Source of the DNA: Syntrophobacteraceae bacterium
Lineage (GTDB): Bacteria > Desulfobacterota > Syntrophobacteria > Syntrophobacterales > Syntrophobacteraceae
Direction of reading: 5' to 3'
Length of the DNA: 64,000 bases
NCBI GenBank assembly: GCA_040772705.1
Contig: JAXGXP010000006.1
Coordinates: 235,306 to 299,305 of the forward strand
This document shows, one piece after another, positions 1-9,008 of this stretch (position 1 is its first letter; each line of letters starts with the position of its first letter). The translations under genes were made by a program, and so were the position numbers. A model generated the notes under the pieces. That model saw only the letters and a program-made list of their open reading frames with translations. It did no database searches and had not been told where the DNA came from.

Positions 1-344
1 AGGAGTAGTGAATGAGAGAGTCATACAGTGAAGGTGTAGCCAGCCACACTGGCCCCGAGTCATGCGCAGGTGCTCGTGAGGGTCCCGGCGAAGCGTTGAC
101 AGGGGTACACACAGGCCAGGTATTGAGCTGCGAAATCAACCGCTCCGGGATGCCGACGTTGTCACCGCAGGCGGAAGGCAACACTTTGCAGAGCGATAGG
201 AGCGAGTTCTGCGAAGGTCCCGCGCAGTCTGAGACCCTGTGCATGTGTGGAAACTCTTCGCACGGGAACCGGGAGATCCCGGAGACACCCGGTCTGGATG
301 CTGGGCCGGGTCGGTCGGAGAAGGCTGAGTGCCGTACGTCCGAT

Positions 345-1820
345 ATGCACGTTTCCGGGAAGTCGGACGGTTGCATAGTACCGGCGAAGCCGCCGAACGA
401 GGGAAGTTTGTCCTCGGAGGCGGTGGAGGGAAGGCGACCGACTGAGAGGAACATCTTGCAGACGGCCACGCCCCGGACGCAGGGCCGGACCAGTGTGTCG
501 ATCGGAGTGCAGGGTGTGCGTGAAGCGGCGCGCAAGCGACCGCAGGTGCGATTTAATGCTCTACTGCACCACATTACGGTTGATCTCCTGAGGGAGAGCT
601 TTCACGAACTCAAGCGGAAAGCAGCACCGGGAGTGGATGGAATGACCCGGCAACAGTATGAAGACGGGCTGGAGGGCCGCCTGGCGGACCTCCACGAGCG
701 CGTTCATCGCGGGACCTACCGGGCTCAGCCTTCCAGGCGGACCTATATCCCCAAAGGAGACGGCAAGCTTCGGCCCCTGGGGATCGCGGCCCTGGAGGAC
801 AAGATTGTCCAGCAAGCCTTGGTGAGTGTGCTCAATACCATCTACGAGGAAGACTTCCTGGGTTTCTCCTATGGTTTCCGCCCCCGGCGCAGCGCACATC
901 ATGCGTTGGATGCTCTTTATGTCGGGATCACCGAACGGAAGATCAACTGGGTGCTCGACGCAGACATCCGGAGTTTTTTCGACACAATCGAGCACGGATG
1001 GCTGATGAAGTTTCTTGAGCACCGGATTGCCGACCGAAGGGTCCTGCGTCTGATTCGAAAGTGGCTCAGGGCCGGAGTCATGGAGGAAGGCATCTGGTCG
1101 AAGACGGAGCTGGGGACTCCCCAAGGGGCCGTAGTTTCGCCTTTGCTCGCCAACGTCTATTTGCACTACGTGCTGGACCTTTGGGTACAGCAGTGGCGTG
1201 GGCGACATGCCCGGGGTGAGGTGATCATCGTTCGCTACGCCGATGATTTCGTCATGGGGTTTCAATACCGGGAAGAGGCGGAACGGTTTCTCGGGGAGCT
1301 CACCGAGCGCATGGGCAAATTCGGTCTCAGTTTGCACCCGGACAAGACCCGACTGATCGAGTTTGGGCGCTTTGCTGCCGCGAACCGGAAGCAGCGTGGC
1401 CAAGGGAAGCCCGAGACTTTTGATTTCCTTGGGTTTACTCATATCTGCACGACAAACCGCAAGTGGAAGAGCTTCACCATCAAGCGCAAGACCATGGCTA
1501 AGCGGCTTTGCCGCAAGCTGAAGGATGTGAAGCAGACGCTCATGCGCAGGCGTCACGAGCCCATCCCCGAGTTGGGGAAATGGCTCCGGTCGGTCGTACA
1601 GGGTTTCATGAACTACCATGCTGTTCCGGGCAACTTTGCAGGCATCAGGGCCTTCCGGACTCAGGTCGCCCGGCACTGGTTCCGTGCCCTGAGGCGCCGA
1701 GGACAGCGCGACAACCATCTCTGGAGCCGTTTTCGCCATGTAGTCGACCGCTGGCTTCCCAAGGGTCGGATTTTGCACCTGTATCCTGATGTACGTTTTC
1801 ACGCCATATACTCGAAGTAG
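345..1820 (+). CDS. Group II intron reverse transcriptase/maturase (intron-encoded protein), no obvious HNH endonuclease domain
   Basis: RT motifs: RPLGIAALEDKIVQQA, GTPQGAVVSPLLANVYL, VRYADDFV (YADD box), FDFLGFTH, then a maturase-like C-terminus. Start chosen at ATG 345 (MHVSGKSDGCIVPAKPPNEG, an N-terminus typical of bacterial IEPs). The track ORF runs from 12, but that part is probably intron RNA read-through. Confidence 0.9.
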   Translation: MHVSGKSDGCIVPAKPPNEGSLSSEAVEGRRPTERNILQTATPRTQGRTSVSIGVQGVREAARKRPQVRFNALLHHITVDLLRESFHELKRKAAPGVDGMTRQQYEDGLEGRLADLHERVHRGTYRAQPSRRTYIPKGDGKLRPLGIAALEDKIVQQALVSVLNTIYEEDFLGFSYGFRPRRSAHHALDALYVGITERKINWVLDADIRSFFDTIEHGWLMKFLEHRIADRRVLRLIRKWLRAGVMEEGIWSKTELGTPQGAVVSPLLANVYLHYVLDLWVQQWRGRHARGEVIIVRYADDFVMGFQYREEAERFLGELTERMGKFGLSLHPDKTRLIEFGRFAAANRKQRGQGKPETFDFLGFTHICTTNRKWKSFTIKRKTMAKRLCRKLKDVKQTLMRRRHEPIPELGKWLRSVVQGFMNYHAVPGNFAGIRAFRTQVARHWFRALRRRGQRDNHLWSRFRHVVDRWLPKGRILHLYPDVRFHAIYSK

Positions 1821-1893
1821 GAGCCGTATGCAGGAAATCTGCACGTACGGATCTGTGCGGGGGGTGCCGGGTAACCGGCATTCCTACCGCGAC
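1821..1893 (+). ncRNA. Group II intron domains V and VI (catalytic hairpin and branch-site helix)
   Basis: The domain V consensus-like sequence begins immediately after the IEP stop. Domain VI pairs GTGCGGGGGGTGCCGG with CCGGCATTCC..CCGCGAC around a GTAA loop, with a bulged A at 1886. The 3' end is approximate. Confidence 0.75.
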
Positions 1894-2000
1894 AAGGGGT
1901 TGAGACGGGCCGAGATGAAGAGGGGGGGCTGGTTTGGCGAGGCCTCAGCGGGGGTAACAGAGGGTGAACATTGTCGGAAAAGGGAGGCATTGAAGGAGCG

Positions 2001-2822
2001 ATGAACGGCATTCCTCGAGCGTTGACCATTGCCGGGTCGGATTCCGGCGGCGGAGCGGGCATTCAGGCTGATCTCAAGACCTTTGCCGCGCTCGGCGTAT
2101 ATGGCATGAGCGCCATTGCCGCCCTGACCGCTCAGAACACCCAGGGTGTTCGAGGCATTGTGGAATTGGAGCCGGCCTTTGTATCCATGCAGATCCGAAT
2201 GGTGGCCGAGGATATCGGGGTTGATGCGGTGAAGACCGGCATGCTCTCCAATGCCGCGATTATCGGCCAGGTGGCTGAGGACTTGAAGGCGCTGGGCCTG
2301 CGAAACCTGGTTGTTGACCCGGTGATGGTGGCCAAGGGCGGTGACCGGTTGCTGCGCACGGATGCAGTGGCGGCAATGATTGAGAAGCTCTTCCCGCTGG
2401 CGCTGGTGGTCACGCCCAATCTTCATGAAGTCACTGCTCTGACCGGTCTCGAGGTGACCTCGATCGAAGGCATGGAAGAGGCCGCCCGTGCCATCAGAGC
2501 GATGGGACCGCACTATGTCGTGATCAAAGGCGGGCATCTGGAGGGTGCGCCCCTCGATCTGCTCTACGACGGGAGCGACTTCCGCCCCTTCGTCAACCGC
2601 CGCTGCGAAACTCCGCACACCCATGGTACCGGGTGCACCTTTGCTTCAGCCATCGCCGCGGGTCTGGCTCGGGGCTTTGTCGTCGAGGAAGCCGTGGCCC
2701 GTGCTAAAGCTTATATCACGGCGGCCATCGCGCAGGGTCTCCCTCTCGGTCGAGGGCATGGACCGGTCCATCACTTCCATAATCTCTACCGGTTGGCCGG
2801 ATGGCAATGGCAAGACGGGTAA
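2001..2822 (+). CDS. thiD: Hydroxymethylpyrimidine/phosphomethylpyrimidine kinase
   Basis: RALTIAGSDSGGGAGIQADLKTF near the N-terminus and THGTGCTFASAIAA near the C-terminus. ATG 2001 is preceded by GAAGGAG; TTG 1971 from the track is an alternative start. Confidence 0.9.
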   Translation: MNGIPRALTIAGSDSGGGAGIQADLKTFAALGVYGMSAIAALTAQNTQGVRGIVELEPAFVSMQIRMVAEDIGVDAVKTGMLSNAAIIGQVAEDLKALGLRNLVVDPVMVAKGGDRLLRTDAVAAMIEKLFPLALVVTPNLHEVTALTGLEVTSIEGMEEAARAIRAMGPHYVVIKGGHLEGAPLDLLYDGSDFRPFVNRRCETPHTHGTGCTFASAIAAGLARGFVVEEAVARAKAYITAAIAQGLPLGRGHGPVHHFHNLYRLAGWQWQDG

Positions 2823-2925
2823 TGACGGGCAGCAACCCGTGTGGAGAAGGAGCATCTTGTAGAAGTCCCTCAGGGCGTCATTCCCCCCCGTTTCCGAGTC
2901 CTGGCTCACGACTCCTCACGCCTCA

Positions 2926-3582
2926 CTACTTGCTGATGAGGCCTTTTTCCATGGCAAAGGCGGTCAGAGCGGAGACGCTGTGCAGGTCCAGTTTTTTCAT
3001 GAGGTTGGCCCGGTGTTTTTCCACCGTCTTGATACTGATGCACAAATAGTCGGCAATGGCTCGGTTCCGGTAACCTTCGGCAACCATTTTCAGGACTTCC
3101 TGCTCGCGCTGGGTCAGGGTTTCCCATGGCGCATGGCTTTTCAAGGTCTTCCGGCCCTCCAGGTAGCCCTCGATGACCTTTTCGGAAATCGACGGGCTGA
3201 GATAGCATTTTCCGGACAACACACAGTTGATGGCGAGCATGAGTTCGCTGTGGGTGGCGTCCTTGAGCACATAGCCGTCTGCTCCTGCCTTGAGGGCGGC
3301 CAGGATGTATTCCTCGGTTCGGTGGACCGTGAGCACCAGGATCTTGGTCTCAGGGCACTTCTTCTTGATCTCCTGAATTGCCCCCATACCGCTCATCCGA
3401 GGCATGGAAAGGTCCATCAGAATCAGCTGTGGCCGCAGTGCCTCGACGCAGCGGATGGCCGCGAGGCCGTCCTCCGCTTCTCCCACTACCTCGATGGCAG
3501 CACTGGATCCCAGCAGCATCTTCAGTCCTTCCCGAAGGATAGTGTGGTCTTCGGCGATTACCACGCGCTGTTTTGCTCCCAT
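2926..3582 (-). CDS. NarL/LuxR-family two-component response regulator (REC + LuxR HTH), no cognate kinase adjacent
   Basis: REC motifs VVIAEDH, ILMDLSMPRMSG, VLTVH. C-terminal HTH: LTQREQEVLKMVAEGYRNRAIADYLCISIKTVEKHRANLMKKL. ATG 3582 is preceded by GGGAG; the track ORF extends to 3618. Confidence 0.85.
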   Translation of the reverse strand: MGAKQRVVIAEDHTILREGLKMLLGSSAAIEVVGEAEDGLAAIRCVEALRPQLILMDLSMPRMSGMGAIQEIKKKCPETKILVLTVHRTEEYILAALKAGADGYVLKDATHSELMLAINCVLSGKCYLSPSISEKVIEGYLEGRKTLKSHAPWETLTQREQEVLKMVAEGYRNRAIADYLCISIKTVEKHRANLMKKLDLHSVSALTAFAMEKGLISK

Positions 3583-3871
3583 AAACGCTCCCACAGTGAG
3601 GCGGTGATTTGCTGACAAGACTTATGACCCACCGGCAATGTATCAATGTGCGACGGCTGAACTACGGTGACGCCCTTTTACCATAGCATGGGCCGAGGCT
3701 ACAAGAGTTCCGTGGGCGGCTTGCAGGTTGCGCCAAGTGCAGTTCCACCCAAACAAGTGACCGCCCGCCTTTCGTCATACCGGTGGAAGCCGGTATTCAG
3801 ACAATTTCTGGCTTCCGGCCGGAAGCATGCCGGAAGGACGCCTCGAGAGTTCGCTCCCGGCCCTGTCCGCG

Positions 3872-4672
3872 TTAATCGGTGGCGGTCAGGGGCTGCTTAT
3901 CTTCCATGGGGATGGGCTCGCGAGTTTCAGCCAGGCGGTTGATGACGGCTGCCTGGTAGCCGGCCCCGAAGCCATTGTCGATATTGACCACCGACACTCC
4001 GGCGGCGCAGCTGTTGAGCATGCTCAGGAGCGCTGCCAGACCGCCGAAGCTGGCCCCGTAGCCGACACTTGTCGGCACCCCGATCACCGGGCAGGCGACG
4101 AGCCCCCCCACCACGCTGGCCAATGCCCCTTCCATGCCGGCCACAACGACTGCCACCCTGGCGTCGAACAGATCGCTGCAAGAATCGAGGAGTCGGTGAA
4201 TCCCGGCCACTCCCACGTCATAGATGCGTTTGACCCGGCCTCCGAGCATTTCCGCCGTCACCGCCGCTTCTTCGGCGACGGGCAGGTCTGAAGTCCCGGC
4301 GCTGACCACGGCGATCTTGCCAACCTGCGCTACCGGCCGGGGCTTCACCACCACCAGGCGCGCCAGCTCATAATAGCGGCAGTCCGAAATCACCTCTCGG
4401 ATCCCGTCGAAGACGTCACGTTCGGCGCGAGTGGCGAGAACATTGTGATGATATTGCGAGATTCGGAGGACCACCTGTTGGATCTGAGCGGTGGTCTTGC
4501 CCTGGCAAAAGATCACCTCGGGCACACCGGTGCGGAGCGCACGATGGTTGTCGATCCTGGCAAAACCGAGGTCTTCGAAAGGGAGAGCTTTGAGGCGTTC
4601 GAGCACGGTTTCAGTATCCAGAGCGCCATTCTTGAACTGCTCCAGGAGCTGGCGAAGGGTTTCGCTACGCAT
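3872..4672 (-). CDS. larB: LarB-like nickel-pincer cofactor biosynthesis protein (PurE/AIR-carboxylase fold with N-terminal extension)
   Basis: PurE-like core: VVSAGTSDLPVAEEA, VVAGMEGALASVVGGLVACPVIGVPTSVGYG, and an N-terminal region with FARIDNHRALRTGVPEVIF as in LarB. Confidence 0.8.
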   Translation of the reverse strand: MRSETLRQLLEQFKNGALDTETVLERLKALPFEDLGFARIDNHRALRTGVPEVIFCQGKTTAQIQQVVLRISQYHHNVLATRAERDVFDGIREVISDCRYYELARLVVVKPRPVAQVGKIAVVSAGTSDLPVAEEAAVTAEMLGGRVKRIYDVGVAGIHRLLDSCSDLFDARVAVVVAGMEGALASVVGGLVACPVIGVPTSVGYGASFGGLAALLSMLNSCAAGVSVVNIDNGFGAGYQAAVINRLAETREPIPMEDKQPLTATD

Positions 4673-5192
4673 GAGCGGTTTCCTGCCACCAATTGCGGTG
4701 TATTCGCTCCTGCCGGAAGCGATCTTGAGCGGGGAGGAGTTCTGCCGGATAGCCGATTACCACCAGCGCCAACGGTACGACCCTCTCAGGCAGGCGGCAG
4801 AGCTTCTGAAAGCCGGCAACGCGGTCGGTGAGCGGGAAGATTCCCGTCCATACGGCTCCCAGCCCATGGCTATGGACTGCCAGCAGAAGATTCTGCACCG
4901 CTGCTGCGCAATCCTGGACCCAGAAGCCCGGGAATCTTTCGAGGGCCAGATCACCGCAGACGAGAACCGCCAGGGGAGCCTTCCCGGCCATTGCTGCATA
5001 AGGGTTGATGCTCGGCACCTGCCCGAGGAGCTCCGGGTCGGTGATCACAACGAACTGCCAGGGCTGCTGATTGCCGGCCGAGGGAGCGCTCATGGCCGCC
5101 GCCAGGAACACCGTTACCAGCTCATCGGGTACCGGTTGTGATTGAAACTTGCGGATACTGCGTCGGGTGTGAATCGCTTCAAGGACTTCCAT
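4665..5192 (-). CDS. Nitroreductase-family protein
   Basis: EAIHTRRSIRKF and SAPSAGNQQPWQFVVI motifs. The stop overlaps the larB start by 8 nt (operon). Confidence 0.8.
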   Translation of the reverse strand: MEVLEAIHTRRSIRKFQSQPVPDELVTVFLAAAMSAPSAGNQQPWQFVVITDPELLGQVPSINPYAAMAGKAPLAVLVCGDLALERFPGFWVQDCAAAVQNLLLAVHSHGLGAVWTGIFPLTDRVAGFQKLCRLPERVVPLALVVIGYPAELLPAQDRFRQERIHRNWWQETAHA

Positions 5193-5694
5193 TGTTATCC
5201 TCCTCCCTTGGTATTGGGAAGCAGGTTACTCTATCCTGCAGGAAGGAGTCAACGCCCGACAGCGCCGACGTTCGGGCGGGAAGTCTTGCCGATCCAAGGC
5301 TCTGTCATCGTGACAGCCGGGATTCGAGGTGGCGCTGGAAACCTCGATTATAGCCTCTATTCGCTAAGGCCAGCCTGACGGAACATCAGCCGGAGCCAAC
5401 GTTATCTTACCGGGTTCCTGCACAGCCTGGTGTTTGCAGTTGAACCAGCGTCATGAATGCGATAGAGTGAAAAACGAGTCTTTCGCATATGGTTGCTCAT
5501 TAATCTCGTTCACCTTTCAATCACCCTTCCTTCTCCAGTCGCAGTCACCCTGTCCTGCTCCAATGCCAGGCGTATCGGTCCCGTTTCCTGGTGTTTGCCG
5601 TTTGCAGAAGTGCTGAGGCCCGGGAAACAGGCAATGAGTCCCACAAACCCAATGATCCTGTAGGGGGAGGGCTCCGGCCCGAGGAGGATGTGAC

Positions 5695-5985
5695 ATGATT
5701 GAAACCCACGACGATGTGATGCTGCAGAAAAGTCTGCCGCGAGTCGGCCAAACGGTCCGCAGTAAGAAGCACGGGACCCTGTGGCGGGTTATCGAGAAGC
5801 GCGAGATCTGGGTGCACACGGTCGACGACCCGGAGACCGGCGATCCCCGGATGCTGCCAGCGATCTATCTCTGCTACTGGGAAGTGCAGGAGGGCCAGCA
5901 GCCGGGCATCGGCAAGATGCAGGGATATGCCTATACCTTGCATGATACGACCTTTGAAACCAACTGGGAGGTTGTCGGCGAATAA
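5695..5985 (+). CDS. Hypothetical protein (96 aa)
   Basis: ATG preceded by GAGGAGG at optimal spacing. No recognisable motif. Confidence 0.5.
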   Translation: MIETHDDVMLQKSLPRVGQTVRSKKHGTLWRVIEKREIWVHTVDDPETGDPRMLPAIYLCYWEVQEGQQPGIGKMQGYAYTLHDTTFETNWEVVGE

Positions 5986-6229
5986 CGCGATAGAGCCTTT
6001 TTCAGGATCATGAAGCCAGCCCATTGACGGCTGCTGGCAGACATGCTACTCAGGGTTGCCTCTTGCCGGCGGCACCACAATCCTGCCGCATGGTACCCAA
6101 GGCAGGCGCTCGCCCTTCTGTGCCGTTGGGGTTGTCCAACCGGCTGATAAGGGCAGGGTTCCCAATACCCGTGGGTTTTCCTCCCGGGGCGTGCCCCAGG
6201 TCATCAGCAGCATTCTTTGGCCGAGTGTC

Positions 6230-7603
6230 ATGATGCACGAGCGCGACCTTCGACTCAATCGTATCGAGGACATGATCCGGCGGCTTCTGCGTCGTCAGGC
6301 GCGGCCCCATCTGGCCAAAGCCCTTGCGAAAATGCATGCTGCCGAGATCGCACAGATTTTTTCGCACCTGATTCCCGAAGAACGTGAACAGGCCTTCAAG
6401 GCGATCCAGCAGGCCGAGCGGCGGGCTGCCGTCCTGGCCGAATCGGACCCGCATATTACCCGGGAGTTGCTTGAACCGCTCTCCAACGAAGAGATTTCCG
6501 CACTCATTGTCGAACTCGACAGCGATGATGCCCGCTACGTCCTGGAAACACTCCCGGAAGAGCGTTCGGCTGACATCGTACAGCTGCTCAGCGCCAAGCA
6601 AACCGAAGCTCTCCAGGACATGCTGGCCTATCCCCCGGACACGGCTGGCAGCATCATGTCGCATTCGTTTGTGGCGCTTCCCGAGGACATTACCGTTGAG
6701 GATGCCATTGCCAGTGTGCGCAATGCCAGTACCGACGTCGAATATGTCTTCTACGTCTATGTGGTAGATCAAGACCATCACCTGCGGGGGGTGATCAGCC
6801 TGCGCCAGTTGCTGCTGGCCCGGCCCGCCGAGCCCCTGGCCGAAGTCATGACGCCCAACGTCTGGCGGGTGAACGTGCTGGCCGACCAGGAGCAGGTTGC
6901 TCAGCTCATTTCCCGTTACAACATCCTGGCCATCCCGGTGGTTGATGAGGCGGGGGTGTTGGTGGGGATCGTCACCGTGGACGACGTGCTCGATGTGTTG
7001 CGGGACGAAGCCACCGAAGACATTCTCAAGATGGCGGGCACCCACTATTCCGAGGAAATCACTTCACTTTCTCCGCTCAGGCTGGCGTGGGTGCGCTTTC
7101 CCTGGCTGGCGGTGAGCTGGCTGGGGAGTCTCGTTTCCGCCTTTTTCATTGCCCAGTATTCCAATGAGCTGAGCAAGGTGATCGCCCTGGCGGCCTTTAT
7201 TCCGGTTATTAACGGGACCGCGGGCAATGTCGGTACCCAGGGCGTTACCATCATGGTGCGCGGACTCGCCACGGGAAAGCTGAATCCCGGCAACTGGCTG
7301 CGGGCCGTCGGCAAGCAGGCGTTGGTGGGTATCCTCCTCGGGGTCTTCTTCGGGATCCTGCTCTTTGGCTTGGCTCACTGGCAGTATCCTGAAGTGGCCT
7401 GGCTGGGGCTGATTGTCGGGCTCGCCATCAGCATCTCGATCCTGACCTCGGCTATTCTCTCATCCCTGCTACCGTTCATACTACACTTTCTGCGCCTTGA
7501 TCCGGCACTCATGACGGGGCCCTTTGTGGCCACGAGCATGGACCTGGTATCGGTACTGGTCTATTTCAATATTGCCCGGTTCTTCCTCTCCCAATCCCCG
7601 TAA
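6230..7603 (+). CDS. mgtE: Magnesium transporter MgtE
   Basis: N-terminal MgtE_N-like helices, tandem CBS (ILAIPVVDEAGVLVGIVTVDDVLDVL), and a C-terminal multi-TM MgtE channel domain (PVINGTAGNVGTQ). Start chosen at ATGATG 6230; the track ORF starts at 6056. Confidence 0.9.
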   Translation: MMHERDLRLNRIEDMIRRLLRRQARPHLAKALAKMHAAEIAQIFSHLIPEEREQAFKAIQQAERRAAVLAESDPHITRELLEPLSNEEISALIVELDSDDARYVLETLPEERSADIVQLLSAKQTEALQDMLAYPPDTAGSIMSHSFVALPEDITVEDAIASVRNASTDVEYVFYVYVVDQDHHLRGVISLRQLLLARPAEPLAEVMTPNVWRVNVLADQEQVAQLISRYNILAIPVVDEAGVLVGIVTVDDVLDVLRDEATEDILKMAGTHYSEEITSLSPLRLAWVRFPWLAVSWLGSLVSAFFIAQYSNELSKVIALAAFIPVINGTAGNVGTQGVTIMVRGLATGKLNPGNWLRAVGKQALVGILLGVFFGILLFGLAHWQYPEVAWLGLIVGLAISISILTSAILSSLLPFILHFLRLDPALMTGPFVATSMDLVSVLVYFNIARFFLSQSP

Positions 7604-7615
7604 GGAGAAACCGTC

Positions 7616-8938
7616 GTGAAGTATCCCGAGATCATAACCCCTCTGCCGGGTCCGCGCGCGGCGGCGCTCATCGCAATCGACCACCGGTTCGTGTCGCCTT
7701 CCTACACGCGCATCTACCCGCTGGTCGCGGAGTCGGCCGAAGGGCTCTGGATCCGCGATCCGGACGGCAACCGTTTTCTTGATTTCACTGCGGGCATCGC
7801 GGTTTGCGCCGCCGGCCACTGCCATCCCCTCGTGGTACAGGCCATCAAGGACCAGGCCGATCAGCTCCTGCATATGTCCGGTACGGACTTCTATTATCCG
7901 CCCCAGATCCGGCTGGCCGAGAAGCTCGTCGGGCTGGCGCCGGGTTCGGGACTGCACAAAGTCTATTTTGGCAACTCGGGCGCAGAAGCCGTCGAAGCAG
8001 CATTCAAACTTGCCCGGTGGCACACCCGCCGGGAGTTGAACCTGGCCTTCTTCGGGGCCTTTCACGGCCGTACCATGGGGGCGCTCTCGCTTACCGCGAG
8101 CAAGACCATTCAAAAGAAGCACTATCATCCCCTGGTGCCGGGCATCACCCATGTTCCTTATCCTTATTGCTATCGCTGTCCCTACCAGCTCTGCTACCCG
8201 ACCTGCGGCACCGCCTGTGTGACCTGGATTGAGGACACCCTCTTCCGCACCACCGTTCCCCCGGAAGAGGTTGCCGCGATCTTCGTCGAACCAATCCAGG
8301 GGGAGGGCGGCTATATCGTCCCACCACCCGAATTCCACCAGAAGCTATCCCAGATTGCTCGTAAATACGGCATTCTCTACGTAGCCGACGAGGTCCAGTC
8401 GGGCATGGGACGAACCGGCAGGATGTTCGCCATGGAACACTTCGGGGTGGCTCCCGACATCATGGCCTTGGCCAAGGGGATCGCGTCCGGAATGCCGTTG
8501 GGAGCCATGGTAGCGCGGGCGGAAATCATGGACTGGGAGGCGGGTTCTCACGCATCGACTTTTGGCGGCAACCCGATTTCCTGTCAGGCAGCCCTGGCTA
8601 CCATCAGACTGCTGGAACAAGGTCTCATGGTTAATGCTGCTCAGCGCGGCGAGCAGCTCATGAGCGGCCTGCGGGCGCTGCAGCAGGAGTTCGAGTGCCT
8701 TGGTGACGTCCGCGGCCGGGGGCTGATGGTGGGGGTCGAGCTGGTAAAGGATCGCGAAACCAAGGAACGCGCCGGGGACTGGCGGGACCAGGTGGTGCAG
8801 GCGGCCTTTCACAAGGGCTTGCTGCTCCTCGGATGCGGCCTGAATACCATCCGCTTCTGCCCGGCCCTGACGGTCAGCGCAGACGAAATCGAGGTCAGCC
8901 TCGAGCTCTTTCGCGACGTCCTGCGGCAGATCGCCTGA
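7616..8938 (+). CDS. Class-III PLP-dependent aminotransferase (4-aminobutyrate/acetylornithine aminotransferase-like)
   Basis: Motifs [52 protein letters not shown] 7616 is preceded by AAGGAG. Confidence 0.85.
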   Translation: MKYPEIITPLPGPRAAALIAIDHRFVSPSYTRIYPLVAESAEGLWIRDPDGNRFLDFTAGIAVCAAGHCHPLVVQAIKDQADQLLHMSGTDFYYPPQIRLAEKLVGLAPGSGLHKVYFGNSGAEAVEAAFKLARWHTRRELNLAFFGAFHGRTMGALSLTASKTIQKKHYHPLVPGITHVPYPYCYRCPYQLCYPTCGTACVTWIEDTLFRTTVPPEEVAAIFVEPIQGEGGYIVPPPEFHQKLSQIARKYGILYVADEVQSGMGRTGRMFAMEHFGVAPDIMALAKGIASGMPLGAMVARAEIMDWEAGSHASTFGGNPISCQAALATIRLLEQGLMVNAAQRGEQLMSGLRALQQEFECLGDVRGRGLMVGVELVKDRETKERAGDWRDQVVQAAFHKGLLLLGCGLNTIRFCPALTVSADEIEVSLELFRDVLRQIA

Positions 8939-9008
8939 TCAGCGGGGGGCGCGCCGCTTCTCGGGCCAGGGGCCGCACCGGGACCGGTCACCGTAGGCAC
9001 TTTTGTTT

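Larger units (their letters stand above)
1..1893 (+). mobile_element. Group II intron, 5' end cut off by the window edge (partial domains I-IV with intron-encoded protein, complete domains V and VI)
   Basis: The RT/maturase ORF is followed directly by a domain V-type 34-nt hairpin (GAGCCGTATGCAGGAAATCTGCACGTACGGATCT, 1821-1854). A domain VI helix (1855-1893) follows, with an unpaired A at 1886 seven nt before a terminal ...GAC. Nt 1-344 look like structured non-coding intron RNA upstream of the likely IEP start. Confidence 0.85.

Noticed and set aside
12-344. N-terminal 111 codons of the 602-aa track ORF for the intron RT
   Set aside because: The sequence looks like translated structured intron RNA: Cys/Gly/Arg-rich with no RT motif. 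A typical IEP N-terminus (MHVSGKSDGCIVPAKPPNEG) begins at ATG 345.
561-1844. 427-aa ORF antisense to the intron RT
   Set aside because: It is a shadow ORF of a GC-rich coding region. The opposite strand carries unmistakable RT motifs.
1894-2000. Possible TPP (thi-box) riboswitch upstream of thiD
   Set aside because: I could not find the conserved CUGAGA and ACCUGAUCUGGAUAAUGCCAGCG-like elements in the 108 nt between intron and thiD. A riboswitch, if present, would lie upstream of the intron and outside the window. cmscan with RF00059 would settle it.
5986-6229. Possible M-box (ykoK) Mg riboswitch upstream of mgtE
   Set aside because: Only weak resemblance (a GAUAAGG-like segment). The conserved GUUAGGUGAGGCU and GCUAAAGCUCUACG-type elements were not seen. 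cmscan with RF00380 would be decisive.
6050-7045. 331-aa ORF antisense to mgtE, and similar long antisense ORFs at 7481-8338, 11532-12398, 14979-16067 and 17953-18843
   Set aside because: These are high-GC shadow ORFs with low-complexity Arg/Gly/Pro-rich translations. The sense strands have clear family motifs.
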